DNA of 64,000 nt from Balamuthia mandrillaris (taxonomy: Eukaryota). Positions within the stretch are counted from its first letter, which is position 1. Each line of letters starts with the position of its first letter. Location: contig JAVKOQ020000007.1 of assembly GCA_031835245.2 (NCBI GenBank), positions 248,001 to 312,000 of the forward strand, in the 5' to 3' direction. The position numbers and the translations under genes are program-made. Of this stretch, positions 1 to 11,901 are shown in pieces. A model generated the notes under the pieces. It saw only the letters and a list, made by a program, of their open reading frames with translations. It was not told the DNA's origin and did not search any database.

Positions 1-561
1 GTGTCCTACGTTGCCTAAGAAGTCAGCTTTGGGTCTTTGCTATGGCTACGGGTTGGCCCATCCACGGCGAAACAGCCGGCGCCTGCGCCGTGCAGCTCAC
101 CGCCAAGGAGGGGTCCTGTAATGTCCGTAGCGGGAGCTGGAACGTCCCGTGGGCGTTGTACCGCCGTCTCTGCCTGATGTACTGTGGCCACATCAACTGT
201 AGCTCCGCGCGAGACAATTTTCTGGAAAAACTGCGAAGGACGCTGCAAGCCGAGGCTGCTGTACCTGCCAACACACCTCTTTCGTTTCTTTTTCTTTCTC
301 GACAATCTTTTTTTTGGTCAGCTATCCTCCATCTGATCCGTAGAGGTCAGAGCGACACAACCTGGAGAAAAATCTGTCCAACCGCAATAATCCGCACAGA
401 TAATTTTGGTATCCAATCGCCGGTGAATTGTGAAGCTTTGGTCAAACCCGCTTTTTTGCTGTGTGCGTCTCTTTATATATCAGCGAAAACAAAACCACGC
501 AACAAAAGAAAAAAGAAACACGTCGCCAATCCTCTCTCTCTCTCTCTTTCCCCCAACAACC

Positions 562-2264
562 ATGCAAGACACCGCCACAGCGATAACCTTCAAGAGCCAG
601 TTGGAGCCTTTGGACTTTCCTCTGGCCACCATCACCCAGTTCACCTTCCAAGGCTGGCAGTCGGTCCAGGACAAGGCGGCCTTGGTGGACGTCTCTGGCC
701 GCCAGTATACCTACGGTCAGCTCTACGGCGCTATTCAAAAGGTTTTTTTTTTGTTTTTTAAAAAACACCACCACCACATTTTCGTTTCTCTCTTTCGTTT
801 TGTTTCTCATCTTTTTTTTTTTGGTTCTTTTTTTCGTGGTTGCAAAATATTCATAACAATAGGTAGCGTTGGGTTTGCACCAACATGGAGTGAGAAAGGG
901 AGACGTGGTGTGCATCTTCGCGCCCAACCTCCCCGAGTACCCTATTGCCTTTCATGCCGTCGCTTCGCTTGGTACTGCTTCTACCTGCGCTCTGCTTCGC
1001 TTCCTTTTTGTCATTTTCTTTCTTTTCTTTTTCTTTTTTTTTTTTTTTTTTTTTGGTTTGCACGTGTTCTTGTCCTTCTTCTCGTCTTGTTCGTATGCCT
1101 TCGCGATGCTTCTCTGCTTTGCTTCTTCTCTCTTCCCGTTTTCTTTCTTCTGCTTCTGCTTCTCTACTTCATTTAGCTGGCGTTAAACAACAACTATGAT
1201 CAAAAGGTGCTATCGTAACGGGTTGTACGCCGCTGGCAAGCACAGAGGAATTGGCCTACCAGCTCAAAGACAGCGATGCCAAGTTCCTCATTACTATTTC
1301 TCTCTTTCTTGAAAAGGTGAGTTCTTTGTTCTTCTTCGTGTTCGTGTTCTTCAACTCGCTTCTCTTGTTTCTGGTTGTTTTTATTTCTTAGTTGTGTCTC
1401 TTCTTTTTAGGCAAAAGCTGCTATGCAGACGCTGGAGACTCCCATCCAGGAAATCTTCGTCTTTGGCGAGGCCGAAGGAGCTACCCCTTTCGCAAGCTTG
1501 CTGAAGGCTGAGGGAGAGGTTTGTTGTTACCACACGATTTTCTCTCCTCCTCTGTCTTCTGTCTTCTTTCTCTTTTTCTTCTTACATCCCTTTTGTTTTC
1601 TTCTCGCATAGATGCCAAACGTGGAGATAAATCCTAAAACGGATACTGTGGCCATCCCTTATTCAAGTGGTACCACTGGTTTGCCCAAAGGAGTGGAGCT
1701 CACCCACCTCAACCTTGTCACCAACGTTTGCCAGATAGAGGCCGTGTTGGACGACATCAAGGAGGATGATGTCTTTATTGGTGTGCTTCCATTCTATCAC
1801 ATCTACGCCATGATTGCCATTCTGAGCCTTGGGCTTCATAAAAAGATCAAGACTGTTATAATGCCCAAGTTTGATTTGGAACAGGTAATTGACTTTTCTT
1901 TTGCTCCTCCTTCTCTCTGTACTGATGCAACGATCTTGCAGTACTTGCAAATCGTTCAAGAACATAAAGTTACATATGCCCACATCGTACCACCCATCGT
2001 TTTGGCTCTTGCTAAGAGCCCTCTTGTTGACAAATACGATCTTTCCAGGTACTGTTTCTCGCTCTGCTCGTTTATCTTTTCATTTGTTTTCGCACTTCTT
2101 ACTTATGTTGGGCTATACAGTCTTCGTGTTGTGTTCAGTGGCGCTGCGCCTCTCTCAGGTGATTTGGAGAAAGAGTGCATATCACGACTTAACGTGCAAA
2201 TCAAGCAAGGCTATGGCATGACCGAATTGTCTCCTGCCACACATATCAGTATGTGTCCTTGCTT

Positions 2265-2310
<46 letters not shown>

Positions 2311-2779
2311 CTCTCTCTCCCCCTCCCTCCCCACAAAGCTGATAGTTTTTGCTGTTAACGTTTTTTCTTTTTATTGTTTTCTTCGTTTCGGTCCTTCTGT
2401 AGCACCTTCCAGGGAAGCGCCAGCAGGATCGGTTGGCATCCTTCTCCCCAACTTGGAGGCCAGAATACAGGACCCCGCTACCGGTGAGTTTGTGGGCGTT
2501 GGCCAAGATGGTGAAATATGCGTTCGCGGTCCCAATATCATGAAAGGTAGCTTACTTTTTTTTTTTCATGGCTTTTGTTTGTTTTGTTTGTCCGTGCGTG
2601 CGTGTCTGTTTTTTTTTTTGTTGATTAATATCATGTTCTCATTACACAACATCTGATCATCTTTAAACAAAAAGGCTATTACAAGCGTCCTGATGCTACT
2701 GCTGGTTCATTTTTCTTCTTTTCTTCGCCTCTCTTCTCTTGTCCTACTGCCTGTCTTTTTCTCTTTTCGTTTTTCTACT

Positions 2780-2814
<35 letters not shown>

Positions 2815-3393
2815 TGCTCTCTGTTCTATCAAGACTAATGGCTCGATTACCAACAGCCATAATGGATAAGGATGGCTTCTTGCACACAGGAGATATTGGT
2901 CACGTGGACGAGAACGGCTTCTACTTTGTGGTGGATCGCCTCAAAGAGCTCATCAAGTTCAAAGGCTTCCAAGTTCCTCCCGCTGAACTTGAAGGGAAAT
3001 TGGTTTGTTTTTCTTCTTCTTACTTTGCTTTCGTTGTGTTGTGTTGGTCTTTCTTTAGTCTTCAATCTTCTGCTTCATTTGACTTTCTTCCTTCTCGTCC
3101 GCCATTTATAAATGCAGTTGACTCATCCAGCAGTTGCGGATTGCGCTGTGGTGGGGAAACCGGATGACGAGGCGGGAGAGTTGCCCAAAGCCTTTGTCGT
3201 GTTGAAGAAGGATCACAGCCTCACCGCCGAGGAGCTCATCGCTTGGTTCGACGACAAAGTCAGCCCTTACAAGAAGCTTCGCGGTGGGCTGGAGTTTGTG
3301 GACCAGATCCCAAAGAACATGAGCGGCAAGATCCTCCGCCGCGTGCTCAAGGACAAGGAGATCGCTGCCGCTAAAGAAAAAGTCGTCAACTGA
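562..3393 (+). CDS. 4-coumarate-CoA ligase-like / luciferase-like AMP-dependent acyl-CoA synthetase (11 exons)
   Basis: Spliced product contains [13 protein letters not shown] (AMP-binding), [30 protein letters not shown] and [11 protein letters not shown]; 10 GT-AG introns restore the frame; ATG 562, TGA 3393; no SKL-type C-terminus. Confidence 0.93.
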
Positions 3394-3718
3394 AACGACA
3401 ATTCGACGGCCGTTTTTATAATTTTTGCAATATTTTAATATTAATTACAAAATATTGCAATATATACTTTATATTGGTTAAAATTTAAAATATTAACCGA
3501 TTTCTAACATTTAATAACAAAAATTTCAAATAATCAATGAGATGTTTCCAGTAACCGATTAATTAGATACACTGATGTCATGCGTGTCTTAAAACGAAAA
3601 TTGTGACGTCATAGGGTGATCCCAGAGAAGCGAGAGGGTGCCCACAAGAAAAAAATTACAAAAGATCGCCGAAACAAAGGAGGTTGAATAGTGGCAGGAG
3701 TGGGGAGGCCTCCATAAG

Positions 3719-6240
3719 ATGTTGCACTCCTTTGAGGAACAGGAGAAGGTATGGTCAGGACTTGTGTGTTGTGTCGGGAAAATTAACTTTCTTTTATTTC
3801 AAAAAAAATTCCCGATCGATCCCCACAACACAAAACAAACCAAAAGCTCTACCAATTGGAAGGTTATTTGTACAAGTTAGGAGCGAAGGGCTTGGTACGC
3901 ACCTTCAAGAAACGGTGGTTTTGGCTTTCGAAAGGCAAACTCTCCTACAGCAAATCTCCTAAAAGTGAGGTACTAAGAGACCGGTTCTTTCTATGGTTTC
4001 TCTCTCTGCATTATTGTTCTTCTTGTTCTTGTTCTTCTTCTTGTTCTTCTTCTTGTTCTTCTTGTTCTTGTTCTTGTTCTTGTTCTTGTTCTTGTTCTTG
4101 TTCTTCTTGTTCTTCTTCTTCTTCAACTTTGTCGTGACGAAACAACAAAATAATGACAACAGGAATTGGGCTTCATCGCGTTGGAGCAATGCACACGCAT
4201 CTACAGCCAATGCTACTCCAAAGGGGCATTAGGCATTCCACCAGGCAGCACCGGAGGTGGCAGCAACCAAAGCAACAGCAGTAAGCAACAGACCTCATGG
4301 CCTTTCGTCATAGCCACTAAGGACAGGGACTACAAGCTGGTGGCCTCCTCCGAGGTGGACATGCTCTACTGGTTGGACGGGATCAAGAAATACCGCGAGC
4401 TGTTCATCTCACAGAAGGAGGACGTGGAGCGCTCCATCCGGCTGCAACGCCAGACCGTGCACATGAGAGCCAACGAGCTGTTGGCGTCTGCCATGCCAGC
4501 TGGTGGTGGCAGCCTCATCAATAGACACACCTCTGCCAGTGGAAGTGGAAGTAGCAGTTCCGGTGAAAGTGGAGGAAACAGTGTAAGTGTTGTAGGGAGT
4601 TTTGGCGTTGTGGGGAGGAGAACAATCGACAGACCCTCTTCACCACCGTCTCCTTCGTCTTCGTCGTCGTCTTCTTCTGGTTCTTCTCCTCATGTTCTCG
4701 TTCGTAGTCTTTCCAGTCCGATGGTTGGCAAACCGACTTCCCTCTTGGAGGAAGAGGAGGAAAATTCACGACGAGAAAGCAGAAATGTTCGAGCTGCAAC
4801 TCATTATACAGCGAGCAACAACAACATCAACAGCGACAACTTTAATGACAAAACTAGCAACAACGAAAACGCTTCTGAAAGTGAGACTCAATCTGCAAAA
4901 ACCGCGCAGCAAACGAACAATAACTCCAGAAATAGAAGAAAAGCGCCACGTCATTCATTCTACGATGTCGCTTATTATCAAAGCATTCCATCGTCGGGAG
5001 GGTCCTTTCCTTCGAGGCACTCTCCCTCTCCTCCTTCTTCTATAAGCCCTCCTCATAATGAGCTCGCTAGTCAATCGCCAGCTGCATTGGGTTCCAGTTA
5101 TCATGCTGGTGTGCAACAGCCTCATCACCAGGATGCTACGCAGGAACAACTTGTGGCTGTAGACCAACAAGCGCAGTTTATCATCTTGCGTACTGTTACA
5201 CTCACGCACCCTCTCATTCTATCTCTTTATCTCATCTGTGTCTCTTTTCAGAATTGCAACAACAAATCCAGATATTGGTGAACAACTTAGAGGGAGAAAG
5301 ACGTGAATCTGAACAACTTAGAGGCAATCTGCAAGATTGTTTGGCGATCATCAAGTCAAAAGATAACCAACTTCAGGTTTTACAAACTTACACTAACCAC
5401 AATCAACAAACACGACTTACCTTTTTTTGCTTGCTTTCGGTTTCCGCTTTGTGTTATCTGCCAATTAGACAATGAGAGAAAAAGAACGGAGGCACGAAGA
5501 GGAAGCTATTGCACTCAAGAAAAATGCAAGGCGGATCGAAGAAGACGTGGAAGAGGTCTTGCGCAAACAGCGGACAGAGTTAGCTGCTGCTCAAGAAACT
5601 ATTTCTCAGCTTCAAGGTTTCTTTCTTCTTATCTGATTGTTATCTCTTTTTTTGTTATATCCGTTGCTAACTCCATCTCGTTTCATATAGACAAAGAGCG
5701 AAAGCAAAAAGTGGAAATAGCAAGCCTAACAGCACAATTAAATCACATGACAGAAGAAACACACCGGCTTCGTGACCACCAACCGTCCTCCTCTCTCACC
5801 GCTGCTCTCGCACATTCTGCAAAAGACTTAATCTCTCCTCTGACCTCGTCTTCTCCTTCTCCTTCTTCTGCTTCGTCCTCTTCATCATCGTCATCATCCT
5901 CCTCTTCCTCATCTTCTTCCTCATCTTCCTCCTCATCTTCCTCCTCTTTTCTTGCTTCTTTGTCGTTGAGCGATTGCCACGACCCAGAAATACTTCGTAA
6001 AGAACTGGAGGAAGCGCTGAAGAGCAAACATGAATTGGAGTTGGATTTGAGAAAAACTGTTTTGTCGATGGACGTCAAAGAAAAGATTTTCGAGGAGGAA
6101 AAAACGGAGCAGCAGCAGAGAGCAAAGAAGCAGCAGGAACAGATGGAACGGTTGCAACAGCAGTTGGCTGATGTTAACAAAAGGTACAATGATTCTATTT
6201 GTCTTTAGTTTTGCTGTTTCGTTTTTTTATACTCCATTGT

Positions 6241-6271
<31 letters not shown>

Positions 6272-6507
6272 GTTTTGTTTTGTTTTTGTTTTGCTCTTCA
6301 TGCCACAAACGTTCACGAAAAAAAACCCAAAGATACTTTGTGAGCGCGGCGGTTGCAGCGAAGCTGAACTATTTGTTGGAGGGCGGCAAAGAGAGCAACA
6401 TCCAAATGCACGCTCATAAGCTGTATGACAAAGCGGTGGCGGCTGGTCTCTCTGTAGAGCACTATCAACAATTCATCAACGATTACCTTCGTTCTATTTG
6501 TTCTTGA
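3719..6507 (+). CDS. PH-domain protein with Ser-rich linker and C-terminal coiled coil (multi-exon)
   Basis: LEGYLYKLGAKGLVRTFKKRWFWL...YKLVASSEVDMLYWLDGI is a PH domain; first exon MLHSFEEQEK from ATG 3719; E/Q/K-rich helical C-terminal half; stop 6507. Confidence 0.8.
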
Positions 6508-6534
6508 TGGTAGTGATTGCGACATTCCCGTTTG

Positions 6535-6566
<32 letters not shown>

Positions 6567-7064
6567 CATTTTAAACTTTCTTTTAAATGTTCATTTATTT
6601 ATTTTTTTATGATCTATTTGCAAAAACAAAGCACAACAAACAAACAAATAGGATAAATAGAAAAGCAACAGAAAAACTGAAGTAAACAACGGAAAAAAAA
6701 TGGAATATCAGAGTAACGCTGTTTTATCCATTTGGTTCGTTGCCGGGTTGTTCGCAGGTGAGTTCGATGGGGTTACAAATCACCTATAAAGGGTTCATTA
6801 ATTATTAATTCACAGTTTCGAATAGGTGATACAAACCAATTGTAAAAACCTTTCTGGTGGAATAACGTTGTTTTGACGTCTCTTCGGAGAATATGAGTCC
6901 CTTTTTCATCAGATGTTTTCGTGTTTTGCCGCTCCTGTCTTTTGTTCCGTCCCAACTTTAAACTTGTTAACACGGCTAGCTTTTTTTTTGTTCTTTTCAG
7001 TTATTGTTTTTGCTATTGTCACATACGTTTCACTTTTTTACACTTGCTTTCAGAAGAACCACAA

Positions 7065-7274
7065 ATGGCCTACATCATGCCGGAACAGCTGGACCGAGTT
7101 TGCCGAAAGGTTGCTCCGTTCATCGTGGAACTGGTGGGAACGTTTATGTTCATGCTGTCCATCGGTTTGTCCGTTCTCTCCGGAGGAGAATTGGCCCCTT
7201 TCAGCATTGGGGCCACGCTCATGATACTGGTTTATTCCGGTGGGCATATATCTGGCGGACACTTCAACCCTTGT

Positions 7275-7315
<41 letters not shown>

Positions 7316-8227
7316 ATTGTTATTTTATACTTGTTGTTATTATTCTGTATTTGCTTTCTTTAACAGTATTTTTGTTAACAAAAAAAGCTGTTTCTCTGGG
7401 AGTTTTTCTTTCCGGGCGTGGAAAGCTTACATGGTTCTACCTTGTGTGTTTCTGGTGTGCGCAATTCACCGGAGCATTTCTTGGCGCACTGGTAACATTC
7501 CTTTTTGTATTTTTTTTGACTTGTACAGCTTGTTGACCTTGTGTGTGTTTTGGAACAAATAGACCTACTGGGCTATTTCTTATCAGACATTCTCCGTCAC
7601 CCCTGGAAGCGGTTTCAACGCTGGACAAGCATTTGCAGCGGAGTTTTTCTTCTCCTTCCTCCTTATCAACGCCGTCATTCAAACTGCCACCACACGGACC
7701 CAAGTGGGTAACTCATTTTACGGTCTGGCCATAGGGTTCAGCATTACCGCTGGTGCTGTCGCGGTTGGGCGTCCGTATTATTCTCTGAGTCGCTTTGGGC
7801 TCATCTTTCTTTCATCATCTATTCTCTTTCTAAACCTCTGAAACATAACGAAACAGAACATATGCCAATATCTGGAGGCGGTTTCAATCCAGCAGTGATG
7901 ACTGGAGCCATCATTGTGAATTCTATCGACCGAGGTGGCGACAAGTTTGAGTATGTGTGGGTTTATTGGCTAGGCCCCTTCATTGCCTCCGCTGTGGCTG
8001 GACTCTTGTTCAGGGTCACTAACAGGAGTGAGTTTGTTGCGGAAGGAGACAAGTCGATAGAGGACGAAGCGTTCGACGGCGATGTTAGGAATGGAATGAA
8101 TGATGGATTGAGAAAGCAGTTGAAGAATCTGAATAAGAAGAGCAAGAAGAGCAAGAAGAATGAGTTTGATGATAAGGAGACTTCTACTTCGTCAGATTCA
8201 TCGACTTCTGCAGAAGACCAAGTTTGA
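7065..8227 (+). CDS. Aquaporin / major intrinsic protein (4 coding exons; start may lie in an upstream exon)
   Basis: ELVGTF, GHISGGHFNP, GLAIGF, ISGGGFNPAV and WVYWLGPFI motifs with hydrophobic segments. Confidence 0.92.
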
Positions 8228-8295
8228 GTTGGCTGGTTGGTGTTTTTATTTTATTATTGTGATAAAGAAAGATTTTTTTTGAGTTATGAAATAAG

Positions 8296-8383
8296 AAAGA
8301 GAAGAGAGAAGAGAGAAGAGAGACGAGAGACGAGAGAAGAGAGAAGAGAAGCTAGAGAGAGAGAGAGACAGAGAGAGAGAGAC

Positions 8384-8451
<68 letters not shown>

Positions 8452-8455
8452 GAGA
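8296..8455. repeat. (GA)n / GAGACA microsatellite, intergenic
   Basis: Directly visible purine tract. Confidence 0.95.
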
Positions 8456-8622
8456 AAAAGAAAAACTAATCTCTGATTTCTGATTGGCCAATTGGTACTT
8501 CGAAAAAATGCAAACGGGCACAAGCCAAGTACGTCCTCTGGTTAGACACTGCTTGTCGTAGGACAAGACTGCCCCATTTTTTACTTCCTCTGTTTCCACT
8601 CTATAAAACTGAGCACTCAGTT

Positions 8623-10435
8623 ATGTCCATTGCGATGAAGAAAGGAGGATGTGATGCTTCTTCCTCTTCCTCCTCTTCTTCTCTTCTGTCGGAAGACGTG
8701 CTTTCGCTTTGCCACGATGACCGCTTGTCGGAGCTGACGCAGTTGGTGAACCTAACCAAAGCCAGCCGCAAGCACACCAGGTCATCCAAGGACCGGAACC
8801 CCCTGGAAGCCCTCTTGTGCCACAGCGATCCCGTCGAAGGAAGGAGCCTGCTTCACATTGCCGCCCTCGAAGACCAACGCAAAGTGGTTCGCTACTTGCT
8901 CCGCCTCGAAGGCAAGAATGTCAAACTGGTGAACCATCAGGACTTTGCCGGGTGGACGGCGTTGCACGGGGCAGCCAGCCGAGGACACCTGCAAACGTGC
9001 CGCCTGCTGTTGGAGGAAGGCCGGGCGGAGGCAGGACTGACCTCCAAGGACTCCGCCACGGCGCTGCACTACCTCATGAAGCAGACCTACCCCAAAGAGC
9101 AGAAGCACCTGCTGAGAAAGGTGGTGGAGGGGATGTTGAAGGTAGGAGCGGACTTGAACGCGGTGAATGTGAACCAGGAGACGGCCTTGCATTTGGCCTG
9201 TTGGAAAGGGGATAAGCGCTCCGCATCAGTGCTGTTGGAGTTGGGCGCTAGCATGGTGCTATTCAGCAAGTATGTATGCTCTCTTCTTGCCAAAGTCCTC
9301 TTTTTATGCCTTGCCTTGTGCCGGTCTTCTTTTATTTTCCAGTGCTAACTTTCCACTAACAAAAATAAACACCAAACCAACAAACAAGGTCAGGAGAGAC
9401 GTGCCTGCACTATGCAGTGCGCAACGGGCATTTGGCGGTGGTGCAACTGTTGGTGCAGAACGGAGCGGATGTCAGCGTTGTGGGCCACAATGGGTCCGCC
9501 TCCGACATTGCCCTGGAATGCCAATGTTTTCACATTGCTGACTACATAGACAGTTTTGTTCCTGACTTTTCTCCGTTTTTTTTTCCTTCTTTGACCCTTC
9601 TTTTTCTCTTTCCTTTCTTTTTCCTTCTTTAACCCTTCTTTCTCTCTCTCTCTCTCTCCCCTCCTCCCTCCCTCTTCCCTCCCTCTCTCCCTCCCCTCCC
9701 CCTCTCTCTCTCTCTCCCTCCCTCCCTCCCTCTCCCTCCCTCCCTCCCTCTCTTCCCCTCTTGCTTTGCTGTATAACAGGTTTCTTTACGATTCGCCGGC
9801 TTCCAGACGAGATGTTATTGTATGTTTTCAGCTTCCTCACTAGTGCAAAAGACCTCCTTCACGTAACCCATGTCTGCAAACACTTTCGTCGCATTGGCAG
9901 CGAGCCTATGTACGTCATAGCTTCCTTCTCCGCTTCTTTCAAACCTCAATGTCCAACTTGTTTGCTTTGTCGTTTCAATAAGACTTTGGAAACCATTTCT
10001 TGCAAAGGTGGCTCCATCCAAGTTGACAGCAACTAGCAACAACAATGATGACGATTGGAAACAAATCTATTTGGATCACCGCAAAGGACTCATTGAACAA
10101 AGAGAGAAACGCAGAAAGGCGCGGGCAGAACAAGGACTGCGGCCTTATGTGAGACAACGTGACAGAACTACTAGCGATTGTGACTTTCTCCTGAAGTTGG
10201 CAATTATTGGCGACCTTGGCGTTGGCAAGGTATGTCAAAACGACATTCAGCTTCATAGTTCTTGTTATTGTGCTTGCGTGAAGCTTGTTTTGTTTTGTTT
10301 TGTTTTGTTTTTTTTTTTTTGATAGTTACCTTACACCAACCATTTGTTATATAACAGACATCTTTAGCCACAAGGATGATCGTACGTATGATAATACAAC
10401 GCATTAATCTAACTCCATTTTAAACTTACATGTTT

Positions 10436-10474
<39 letters not shown>

Positions 10475-11459
10475 GGTTTGTTGTTTTTGAACCACTCCAG
10501 GATGGCACATTCACCGACAAGTATCAGCACCAAGCTTCGCCACCTGATCCAGTACGTAGACCGTACCTCTCAATATTTGCTTGACAGAGACGAAAGAACA
10601 GGCCACAAGGTTTTGTTAACTTCTCTATTCTTTATGATTACCTTTAGAAAATTGGTACACTTGATTTGGATAACTACAAAGTCAAAGTGCAAATGGTTCT
10701 CTCTTCTGCTTTCTAAATTCTCTACCTGCTCTCTACTTACCTGCTCTTTATGACAGTGGGAACCAAACCTGAACCCAAGGTTCTATGGTGACAATCATAA
10801 CCGTTATATCTACCGTGGAGCTTGTGGTGTGTTGTTGTGTTACGACGTAACTGATCGTGTAAGCTTTGAAAATGTCAGGTACGTGCTACTTCTTGTGATT
10901 TGTTCAAAGCTTTCTTCTTGTTCTCGATTTCTTGCCCCTCTTGTTCTTCTCGTTTATTCTCTTGTTCCTCTTCTTCTGTTCCTTCTTCCTTTTGGATTTA
11001 CCCTGCGCTATTGGTTGATCTAGAAACTGGAATATCGAAGTGGAGCGTTACGCGCTAGAAGGGGTACTCAGAATAATGGTGGCCACCAAGGTGGACGTAC
11101 CACCAGAATTCCATGCAGTAACATCTGAGGAAGCAAGAGTTTGTTCTGTCTCCCCACCTGTTTGATCCTTCCATGACGTTCCTTATTTTAATCTCTTATC
11201 TCCTCTCCTCTCCTCTCTCTCTCTCTCTCTCTCCCTCTTCTTTTAATGATTTTGACATAAGGAGTTCGCCGATGAATGCGGAATGGACTTTGCGGAGACG
11301 AGCGCAAAGGAAAACATGAACGCAAGAGAGACATTGGAGCAGTTTTGCAGGGAGCTGGTGGCCGATGCGTTGGCCTACGACCCCCAAGAACCTGCCAACA
11401 AGGGCCTCCGTCTGTCCTTACCACGGAAGAAAAAAACTAAAAAATTCTTCTTTTTTTAA
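8623..11459 (+). CDS. Ankyrin repeat + F-box + degenerate Rab1-like small GTPase, copy 1 (multi-exon)
   Basis: Ankyrin motifs GWTALHGAA, ETALHLAC, ETCLHYAV; F-box LPDEMLLYVFSFL...VTHVCKHF; GDLGVGKT, YDVTDRVSFENVR, ATKVD, ETSAK; ends RKKKTKKFFFF-stop at 11459. Confidence 0.82.
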
Positions 11460-11901
11460 AGTGAAACAGGAAAGAGCACCGTTTCATTCTCGATCTGTTT
11501 CCTTCCCAGACTATTTCTCCGGTTGCCTTGGAGAGGACAAAAATAGAGATCGTGTCCTAGCACCCAGGTCGGGAAACCGAAAAAAGGGCATCGTGAACTA
11601 AACAAATCCGTTACCTCGTGTTAAGGATACCTCCCTTATTTGGTCGATATTCAGCAAACTCATGGCATTTCCAGAGAAAACACGCAACCTTTCGCTTATT
11701 CACGCCACGCATGGCGGGTGATAAACCTTTAAGGAGGCTTTTGGGTCTTAAGGTGGTCTTCATGGAGCGGGAAAAACTTACCAAAAAGCAGCTGTTTTAA
11801 AACATGTCAAGTCGTGTTACGCTCCATTTCCACACCACACAAAGAAAGAAAGAAAGCACAGTAACGCTAACAAGAGAAGAGAGACAGAGAGGAAAAAGAA
11901 A

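Noticed and set aside
1..420. Short ORFs on both strands at the window start
   Set aside because: No recognisable motif. This may be the 5' end of a minus-strand gene leaving the window, but that cannot be supported here.
3993..4232. Poly-Phe/Leu, poly-Ser, SLSLSL and ERERER ORFs here and throughout the ORF track
   Set aside because: Translations of intronic or intergenic (CTT)n, (CT)n and (GA)n microsatellites.
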